From the NCBI GenBank assembly GCA_017886705.1, contig JAGHJJ010000032.1, forward strand, positions 1 to 47,476: a DNA stretch of 47,476 nt, given 5' to 3'. Positions within the stretch are counted from its first letter, which is position 1, and every line of letters begins with the position of its first letter. Below, in pieces: positions 38,418 through 45,227 of the stretch. This DNA comes from Bacilli bacterium. GTDB taxonomy: Bacteria > Bacillota_I > Bacilli_A > RF39 > UBA660. The position numbers and the translations under genes were made by a program. The notes beneath the pieces are model-generated. The model made no database searches. It was not told where the DNA came from and saw only the letters and a list, made by a program, of their open reading frames with translations.

Positions 38418-39769
38418 GTCATCTTTCCTTTCTCAAAATATTCTAAAACATCATCCGTACCAGAAACTGGAATCTCCACAACATTTTCTTTCCCTGCAAC
38501 TAGTCTTGCAGATACAATAGGATACCAATTAGAAGACTTAAGTTCATAGGAAACACTATCCTCCACTTGATAAAAAATAATAATTTTTTTCTTCTTAAAT
38601 GAAGCATAAGTAAGTTCTGTAATACTCCCTGGACTTAATTTTGAATCAAAATAAGCAATAAAAATATCACACTTATCAATCAAATCATTTTCTGTTTGCA
38701 CCACCTCACTGCAAACAGAAGAAGTAAGATTTCCATCACTAGCCATTTCATTATAAAAAGGACCTAAATATTGATATAACAATTTACCATCACTATTTTT
38801 AATAAAGCTATGATTATTAAAATTAGTAAAATCATCTTCATTTCCTATCAATTTAGCACGAAAATCTTCCTTCAAAGTAAATCTTTTTTCATCTACCATT
38901 TTCTTATTAAATTGACAAGCAAAATAAACCTTAGGTAAAAACGGAAGTTCTACATCCTCTAATTGATAATTAACAAATCGATTACCATAATAAACCAAAT
39001 CAGAAAAACCATACTTCATCTTTTTCCAAGAAAAGTATACTTCATGTTTGTCATCAACTTTCCAAGAAAAAGTATCATACGCTTCTCCTGAATAAGTAAA
39101 ATTCTGATCTAAAATTGCTTTAATTTCTTCTCTTTTATCTTTTGATATTGCATTTTCTACAATCCAAAGTGAGCGAGGATTATCAACAAGACCAGTTTTA
39201 GTATTCACATTTAAAAGCTTTAAAGCAAGTGTTTCTATATTAGGATATTTTTGTAAAAACGCTTTTATTTCATCAACCATTTTAGAATAATTACTTTTTA
39301 ACAAAACATAATTGAGACGAATCCTAGCCTTAGAAAATGCATCTGTTTGAAAATAATTATGATCATATCCTAACACATTTCTATCTAAATTCGTATCAAT
39401 AGATGTCGTAGTAACTTCAAACACCCAGTTATGAGAAGTAAAAAGATTATACTTTTCTGCTTCTTCCTTTCGAAATATATTTCCTGAAGTTAATACTCTT
39501 TTTACCGGAATATCATAATCATCGAATAATTCAACTATTTCTTTCAACTTTTTGAAAGAATGTTTTGTTGGCTCTCCATTACCACCAATCGTTACATAGT
39601 GAAATTGATACCCTAGTTCTTTTAACTGCCCAACATACAAACTAAGCATATGAATATCATCTTTTACTACTTCCCATTTTGTAATTTTAGCAGTGCAATA
39701 AGGACAATTCTTATCACAAGAAAAATCACTTAAAATAATTTCTAATTCCTTAAACTTTTTTTCTTTCAT
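38411..39769 (-). CDS. radical SAM domain :: nucleoside 2-deoxyribosyltransferase/TIR-like (SLOG-type Rossmannoid) fusion protein
   Basis: CDKNCPYC (CX3CX2C) is at nt 39695-39718 and IGGNGEP lies about 40 residues later. The C-terminal roughly 170 aa (nt 38414-38932) has KVYFACQF, GPFY and CDIFIAYFDSKLSPGSITELTYA, which resemble the NDT-fold core with its conserved Glu. ATG at 39769 has a GGTGA SD and overlaps the pnuC stop by 20 nt. The track start at 39826 is TTG. Confidence 0.7.
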   Translation of the reverse strand: MKEKKFKELEIILSDFSCDKNCPYCTAKITKWEVVKDDIHMLSLYVGQLKELGYQFHYVTIGGNGEPTKHSFKKLKEIVELFDDYDIPVKRVLTSGNIFRKEEAEKYNLFTSHNWVFEVTTTSIDTNLDRNVLGYDHNYFQTDAFSKARIRLNYVLLKSNYSKMVDEIKAFLQKYPNIETLALKLLNVNTKTGLVDNPRSLWIVENAISKDKREEIKAILDQNFTYSGEAYDTFSWKVDDKHEVYFSWKKMKYGFSDLVYYGNRFVNYQLEDVELPFLPKVYFACQFNKKMVDEKRFTLKEDFRAKLIGNEDDFTNFNNHSFIKNSDGKLLYQYLGPFYNEMASDGNLTSSVCSEVVQTENDLIDKCDIFIAYFDSKLSPGSITELTYASFKKKKIIIFYQVEDSVSYELKSSNWYPIVSARLVAGKENVVEIPVSGTDDVLEYFEKGKMTW

Positions 39770-40346
39770 TTGTATCACCATTTCCTTTTGCTTCTTTATG
39801 CCATGCCCAAAAAGTACCAAGTGCAAGTACTACCCAGATAATATTTAATGCCATTAAATAAATTGCCTTATCTGGTAAAGTAAAATAAACATAAGCCATT
39901 AAAATATCATCTACAAACCAAACAATCCAAGAATCAACCCGCTTAAATGCCATCATTAATGTTGCAGTAAATCCCATTCCCGTAGTAATAGCATCCAAAA
40001 AAGGAGATGGATCATCAGTAGATTTTAAAAACATATACATTCCTACACTAATTCCCAAAAACATAACACAATAAAATATTCTTTCTTTAAAATTACAATA
40101 ACGAATTTTATTTTCATCTCCAAATATCTTCTTAGAAATATTGATAGAGTACCAAGTAAATAAACCTAATAGTCCAAAAATAACATAAACTAAATTTTCT
40201 ACAACATCTCCATAAAGTTTAGCAGTAAAAGAAAAGACAGTTAACGTAACAATATTTAGTAAATAAAATATCCAATTTTCCTTTCTTTTAAACAAAATTA
40301 AAATACTTTGTATTAAACCACAACAAGCAGTAAAAATCTCTAACAT
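39750..40346 (-). CDS. pnuC: PnuC-family (nicotinamide riboside/nucleoside-type) uptake permease, substrate unknown
   Basis: Seven predicted TM helices. Family blocks include ENWIFYLLN, LYGDVVENLVYVIFGLLGLFTWY, PFLDAITTGMGFTATLMMAFKRVDSWIVWFVDD and GTFWAW. The ATG overlaps the upstream stop (ATGTTAG). Confidence 0.85.
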   Translation of the reverse strand: MLEIFTACCGLIQSILILFKRKENWIFYLLNIVTLTVFSFTAKLYGDVVENLVYVIFGLLGLFTWYSINISKKIFGDENKIRYCNFKERIFYCVMFLGISVGMYMFLKSTDDPSPFLDAITTGMGFTATLMMAFKRVDSWIVWFVDDILMAYVYFTLPDKAIYLMALNIIWVVLALGTFWAWHKEAKGNGDTNERKKV

Positions 40347-41182
40347 TTCTTATACTCCTTCGATGAACGATTTACAGGCAATAAAGCTGAATAAGTAGAA
40401 ATAAACCCTAAAGAAACTTCACTTATAAAACTTTCTACTCTACTTTTATCAAAAACATTCAATGAACTATCTTCTACTTGATAAGACTCTTGAATAAATG
40501 TCGCTGTCTTAGAAATAACACTAATAATATTTTGATAATCTACCTCTTCAATTCCAGGATTAACAAAATCCAAATCAACATTTTCAAGTAATTTCTCTAG
40601 ATTAAAACAAGTTCCATACTGTTCTAACAACAACTTATTCATGACTGTGTAATCATGATAAATACTAACATTGCTATCATGACTCCAAAACTCTCCTACT
40701 GGATAAACTTCTCCACTCTTTTTCACTCGCATAGAAACCAAATCAGCAATATACTTTGTCTCAATTCCATCCTTATCTAAACACTCAAAAGTATCATTAA
40801 ACAAATCATGAAAGAACATTTTATCAACATATAAATGATACAAATATCCAAGAGCAGTATAATCTTTGCTAACAAAATCCTGATATTTTTCTATAAAGCT
40901 AGAAACATTAGGTGCTTGAATAGAAAGTTTATAATCTTCTTTATCCCGAAAATGAGTACTTCTCTTTTCCTCTTGCGTCTCCGCTCTCATTTTCTTTTTA
41001 AATGCTTTTTGTTCTTCAATACTCAAATTATCAGGAATTTGTTTTTTAATTCTAGAAGAATCAACAATCAAATTACCTAATAAAAATTGTTTTTTAGCAA
41101 CATCCGATAATAAAACGCCCTCTCTTTCCAAATTGTTTAAAAACGCTTCACCTGCAATATGGTGAATAACAAATGATGCCAT
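40340..41182 (-). CDS. soluble His/Asp-motif protein, possible metal-dependent hydrolase (zinc phospholipase C / P1-nuclease-like?), first gene of the operon
   Basis: N-terminal VIHHIAGEAF, then LGNLIVDS, STHFRD and LYHLYVDKMFFHD. These are spaced like metal-ligand motifs. The family assignment is tentative. An AAGGAG SD lies 7 nt upstream of the ATG. Confidence 0.45.
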   Translation of the reverse strand: MASFVIHHIAGEAFLNNLEREGVLLSDVAKKQFLLGNLIVDSSRIKKQIPDNLSIEEQKAFKKKMRAETQEEKRSTHFRDKEDYKLSIQAPNVSSFIEKYQDFVSKDYTALGYLYHLYVDKMFFHDLFNDTFECLDKDGIETKYIADLVSMRVKKSGEVYPVGEFWSHDSNVSIYHDYTVMNKLLLEQYGTCFNLEKLLENVDLDFVNPGIEEVDYQNIISVISKTATFIQESYQVEDSSLNVFDKSRVESFISEVSLGFISTYSALLPVNRSSKEYKKC

Positions 41183-41213
41183 GCAATCACTCCTTTTCTT
41201 GTCACATCACAAC

Positions 41214-41242
41214 TTGTATTATAGAAGTGTTTGTATTATAAT
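41214..41242 (+). promoter_or_regulatory. candidate sigma-A promoter of the LysR gene
   Basis: TTGTAT (41214-41219), a 17-nt spacer, then TATAAT (41237-41242). Confidence 0.4.
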
Positions 41243-41268
41243 AAAAATACATTTTATTCATATCAGAA

Positions 41269-41283
41269 ATAACTATAAGTTAT
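41269..41283. promoter_or_regulatory. LysR-type T-N11-A dyad (candidate operator)
   Basis: ATAACT-ATA-AGTTAT has perfect 6-bp inverted arms and fits T-N11-A. It sits between the candidate -10 box and the lysR SD, in the 115-nt divergent intergenic region. Confidence 0.4.
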
Positions 41284-41297
41284 ATAAAGGAGAACAC

Positions 41298-42188
41298 ATG
41301 AACATAAATTTTGAATTATATAAAACATTTTATAGTGTCGCAAAAAATCAAAACATAACAAAAGCAGCTAGAGAACTCATGATAAGTCAACCAGCTGTCA
41401 GTAAATCCATAAAAACATTAGAAGAACAACTAAACTGTTCTCTTTTTATCAGAAACAAATACGGTGTGACTCTAACCTCAGAAGGCCAACTATTCTATGA
41501 AAACATAAAACTTGCTATAGAAATGATTGAACATGCAGAAGATGAGCTACAAGAGACATTAAACTTAGAATATGGAACACTATCCCTTGGTGTAAGTAAT
41601 AGCTTAACTCAGAACTATTTGTTGCCATATATTAAAATATTTCATGAAAAATATCCTAATATTAAAATCAAAATATCAACATCTCCTACTTTTCAACTAA
41701 TTACTCAAGCAAGAAATGGTCTAATTGATTTCATCATATTAAACCTTCCCTATAAATTACCATCAGACTTTAAAGAACAAAGGTTAAAAGAAATACATGA
41801 TTGTTTTATCGCAAATAACAACTGGTCCGAACTAAAAAGCAAGACAATAGACCTAGAAAAATTACAAAACTATCCTTTAATTTTATTAGCTAAAGGTTCA
41901 AATACTAGAACATTCTTAGATGAAGTTTGTGAAGAACATAATATATTACTAAATCCTGAAATGGAACTAGCTAGTTACTCTTTAGTAGTAGCTTTCACCA
42001 AAATAGGCCTAGGACTTGGCTACGCTACCAAAGAATTCATGCAACAGGAAATAGACTCAAAAGAATTATTTGAAATAAAAACAAATCCACAAATTCCACC
42101 ACGGTCTATAGGTGTAACGCATTTAAAACAAAAACAACTAAATAAGGCATCTCTTGCCTTCTTAGACCTATTAAAAGAAAAAAATTAG
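41298..42188 (+). CDS. LysR-family transcriptional regulator
   Basis: The N-terminal HTH is FYSVAKNQNITKAARELMISQPAVSKSIKTLEEQL. The C-terminal domain is of the substrate-binding type. ATG at 41298 has an AAGGAG SD. The track N-terminal extension is non-coding. Confidence 0.9.
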   Translation: MNINFELYKTFYSVAKNQNITKAARELMISQPAVSKSIKTLEEQLNCSLFIRNKYGVTLTSEGQLFYENIKLAIEMIEHAEDELQETLNLEYGTLSLGVSNSLTQNYLLPYIKIFHEKYPNIKIKISTSPTFQLITQARNGLIDFIILNLPYKLPSDFKEQRLKEIHDCFIANNNWSELKSKTIDLEKLQNYPLILLAKGSNTRTFLDEVCEEHNILLNPEMELASYSLVVAFTKIGLGLGYATKEFMQQEIDSKELFEIKTNPQIPPRSIGVTHLKQKQLNKASLAFLDLLKEKN

Positions 42189-42214
42189 AGCAAAATCTTT
42201 ACAAAAAAAAGAGC

Positions 42215-42772
42215 CTAAGCTCTTGATACATATTTACCATCACTAGTAGATATAATAATTTTTTCTCCTTCTTCAATAAATAAAGGAACTCTTACTGTAT
42301 AACCAGTTTCAACTTCTGCATCTTTTAATGCATTGTTTGTAGTATTACCTTTAACAGCAGCTTCTGTACGAGTAACAGTAAGTTCTACTTTATCTGGTAA
42401 ATCAATTCCTAATACTTCCCCTTCAAACATAGTAATATATACTTCTAAGTTCTCTTTTAAGTATTTAGCATTGTCACCAATAACATCTTTAGATAACTCT
42501 AATTGCTCATAAGTATCCATATTCATAAAGTAATAAACATCACTCATAGTATATAAATATTGCATTAATTGCTTATCAATATGAGCAGTAGCAACCTTTA
42601 CTCCAGCATTGAAAGTCTTTTCAAAAATAGCACCTGTTCTTAAATTTTTAAGTTTTGCTTTTACAATAGCAGCACCCTTACCAGGTTTTACATGTTGTGT
42701 ATCCATAACAACATAAATAGCACCTTCAACCTCAATAGTAATACCGTTCTTTAAATCATTTGTACTAATCAT
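42215..42772 (-). CDS. efp: elongation factor P
   Basis: MISTNDLKNG...HVKPGKGAAIVKAKLKNLRTG contains the conserved Lys loop. 185 aa. ATG has a GGGAG SD. Confidence 0.95.
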   Translation of the reverse strand: MISTNDLKNGITIEVEGAIYVVMDTQHVKPGKGAAIVKAKLKNLRTGAIFEKTFNAGVKVATAHIDKQLMQYLYTMSDVYYFMNMDTYEQLELSKDVIGDNAKYLKENLEVYITMFEGEVLGIDLPDKVELTVTRTEAAVKGNTTNNALKDAEVETGYTVRVPLFIEEGEKIIISTSDGKYVSRA

Positions 42773-42819
42773 TAAACTCACTCCCTATAATAAAATGAAA
42801 AATAAGTAGTTAACTTATT

Positions 42820-42984
42820 TTATTTCTTTTCCTTATGTGTTGTATGTTTTCTACATCTTGGACAATATTTACTTATTTCAAGACGTTCTGTAGTATTTTG
42901 TACATTTCTAGGTTTTCTATAGTTCTCTTCTTTACATTCAGTACAAACAAGAGTCTTCATTTGTCTTTTTCCTTCTTTAGCCAT
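42820..42984 (-). CDS. rpmG: 50S ribosomal protein L33 (not in ORF track)
   Basis: My translation is MAKEGKRQMKTLVCTECKEENYRKPRNVQNTTERLEISKYCPRCRKHTTHKEKK. It has the L33 zinc-ribbon signature CTEC...YCPRCRKHT. An AAGGAGGG SD lies upstream. The 42835..43029 plus-strand track ORF is antisense to it. Confidence 0.9.
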   Translation of the reverse strand: MAKEGKRQMKTLVCTECKEENYRKPRNVQNTTERLEISKYCPRCRKHTTHKEKK

Positions 42985-43058
42985 TTTAATCCCTCCTTAC
43001 ACGCCTATAGGTATTATATCAAAAAATAACAAAATTGCAAAAGATTTTTTTAAAATCA

Positions 43059-43586
43059 TTAATTTTTTCTTGTTTTCATTAACTGCTTAGCATAAGAATA
43101 ACTCATATAAGGATAAGCTGGTGATTGCCTCTTCTTTAATTCTTGACTATTTTCTAACTCTAAAATTGGAAAAACTGGTAATTGGAAAGCTTTCCTAATT
43201 GTTGCTTCCATCACAGTATTTTTAGTAGTAGGAATTTTGTTCTCTTCTAAAATAGAAAAGGTTTGAAAAAAATCCTTCTTTTTAACAGGAATATCGCATC
43301 CACCATTTGTTAAAAAACAAGTAGGTCGGCCACGGTAATAACTTCGGTCAACTACTCTTGGTAATGGAAATTCCTTTAAATATTTATAAAATGCTTCAAA
43401 ATGAGGAAAATCACTTCTAGAAACAGCTGTTAATAAATAGGAAGCAAGCTCACGTGGTGTATAACGTGACATAGAGTAAAAATCAAGCTCAGTAAAAACA
43501 AAAGTGTTATTTCCTACCGTAATTCCATGCTCTAAATAATAATACATGTCAGATAATACTTGCTGAATTTCTTCATTTTTCTTCAT
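43059..43586 (-). CDS. hypothetical protein (175 aa)
   Basis: ATG (MKKNEEIQ) has an AGGAG SD. No family recognised. Confidence 0.5.
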   Translation of the reverse strand: MKKNEEIQQVLSDMYYYLEHGITVGNNTFVFTELDFYSMSRYTPRELASYLLTAVSRSDFPHFEAFYKYLKEFPLPRVVDRSYYRGRPTCFLTNGGCDIPVKKKDFFQTFSILEENKIPTTKNTVMEATIRKAFQLPVFPILELENSQELKKRQSPAYPYMSYSYAKQLMKTRKN

Positions 43587-43610
43587 AAAACAACTCCTAT
43601 ATAACAAATA

Positions 43611-45158
43611 TTATTGAAGTACTTTTACCTTTTCTAAAGCCTCAGTATTTGTTAATTGATTAAAACCAGCTTGCTCAATATATTTTCCATAATCAATAGA
43701 AGCATAAGAACGATCAACTAAACTATCAATACCTGGACATGTACCAGTTTCTGAAAATTGATAAATTCCATAATTACCAGAATAATCAACGGTCAACAAT
43801 TCATCATTATTAACTACTCCACTACCAGCAGCATATTTAAATTTAGCAACCCAGACAGCATAATCATTAAACTGAGTACCCGTAGGATCTAACTGTTTTA
43901 AACCATTATCATTACAATAAATACCACAATAATATCCATTATCTTCTAATACATCAGCCCAGGCTTTAAAATTCTTAACAATTTGATCAGGATGATCTGC
44001 AAAAAATTCTCGAGCATTAATTGCCTTACCATTTTCATCATAAAATGGTTCGTTTTCTAAAGGTTCAACATCAAAATAAATTGGCCAAGATGGTTGAATC
44101 TGATACTGTCTAGCAAATTTAATAAACTTAGAAGCTTCAACTCTAGCTTGTTCTTCTGTAACAGCACGACTATAAATATAAATTCCATAAGGAATACCAT
44201 TTTCTTGACATCCAATAACATTATTAACAAATTCACTATCTAACTGACTTAATGTACCAGTAAGTTCTAATGTTTCAGGATCTCTTTGATACTTCATAAA
44301 ATAAGAATCAAACATTTTAATAATAGCATAATCTACACCAGATGCTTTAACTTTAGCCCAGTCAATTCGCTTTTGATAAGAAGATACATCAATACCAGAT
44401 AATAAATCCATATTATTTTGTTCAGAAATACTATCCTCTTCAACTCTTCTGCTCGTCTCCTCAGGAACCTTAACATCACCCTGTGCTAAATCCAAATATA
44501 ACTGATAAGCCAATTTCTCATTTCTATCAGTTACTTCTTCATACTTATCATCAGTCATAGTAGCAGTAACAGATAATACATGACCAGCTAAAATAGTATC
44601 ACTAGTAAGATTATTCTGCTCTTTAATATCATCAATATTAACACCAAGATAATCAGAAATAGAAGTTAGTGTATCTCCACTTTCTATAATATAATTAATA
44701 CTCTTTTCACTAGTAGAATTTCTACCATAAATCTCTACTTCTTCACCATAGTTTTTAGCAATAGCAGCATTACTTCTCAAAGACTTATCTACTTTAGCCA
44801 AAGTCTCCGTAGTAAGACCAACACGAGCCGCAATAGAATCAACCGTATCTCCAACTTGAATCGTATATTCTTGTTGATCTTCTTCCTTATCTAAATCAAT
44901 TTTGGCAACTACTTCTACACCTTCTGATAACTCCTCATCCAACTTCTTATTCCAACGTCTCAAATCATCAGAATCAACACCTAACTTATCAGAAAACTCA
45001 TCAATAGTTGTTTCCTCTTTCGTAACTAACGTAACTTTACCAGACTCACTATATAAATAAGAACCTCCAGCAACCGCAAGAGCTGCTACAACACCAGCAG
45101 GAACTAATAATTTTTTTACTCTCCTTCTTCTACTTCCATGGCGTACTAATCTTCCCAT
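43611..45158 (-). CDS. membrane-anchored LysM-repeat GH25 muramidase
   Basis: Basic N-terminus plus a TM helix. LysM repeats (YTIQVGDTVDSIAARVGL, YIIESGDTLTSISDYLGV, and one degenerate copy). The GH25 signature GIDVSSYQKRIDWAKVKASGVDYAIIK is present. Confidence 0.85.
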   Translation of the reverse strand: MGRLVRHGSRRRRVKKLLVPAGVVAALAVAGGSYLYSESGKVTLVTKEETTIDEFSDKLGVDSDDLRRWNKKLDEELSEGVEVVAKIDLDKEEDQQEYTIQVGDTVDSIAARVGLTTETLAKVDKSLRSNAAIAKNYGEEVEIYGRNSTSEKSINYIIESGDTLTSISDYLGVNIDDIKEQNNLTSDTILAGHVLSVTATMTDDKYEEVTDRNEKLAYQLYLDLAQGDVKVPEETSRRVEEDSISEQNNMDLLSGIDVSSYQKRIDWAKVKASGVDYAIIKMFDSYFMKYQRDPETLELTGTLSQLDSEFVNNVIGCQENGIPYGIYIYSRAVTEEQARVEASKFIKFARQYQIQPSWPIYFDVEPLENEPFYDENGKAINAREFFADHPDQIVKNFKAWADVLEDNGYYCGIYCNDNGLKQLDPTGTQFNDYAVWVAKFKYAAGSGVVNNDELLTVDYSGNYGIYQFSETGTCPGIDSLVDRSYASIDYGKYIEQAGFNQLTNTEALEKVKVLQ

Positions 45159-45227
45159 ATAAACACCCTCTTCAAATGTGGCTAAATTATACCACAAAAA
45201 AGAGAAAATGTCAAATTTGACACTTTC

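Noticed and set aside
37527-40346. Reading the cluster as ordinary pnuC-nadR nicotinamide riboside salvage
   Set aside because: The kinase partner is fused to CYTH rather than to an NMN adenylyltransferase/HTH as in NadR, and its P-loop is Tmk-like. The radical-SAM::NDT-like gene has no role in known NR salvage. NR remains a possible substrate, so this is recorded as a refutation test rather than excluded.
41181-41297. N-terminal 39-codon extension of the LysR ORF
   Set aside because: It would start 1 nt from the divergent operon ATG and would consume the whole promoter region. The HTH begins right after the ATG at 41298, which has an AAGGAG SD.
42835-43029. 64-aa plus-strand ORF
   Set aside because: It is antisense to rpmG, which has a clear L33 signature and an SD.
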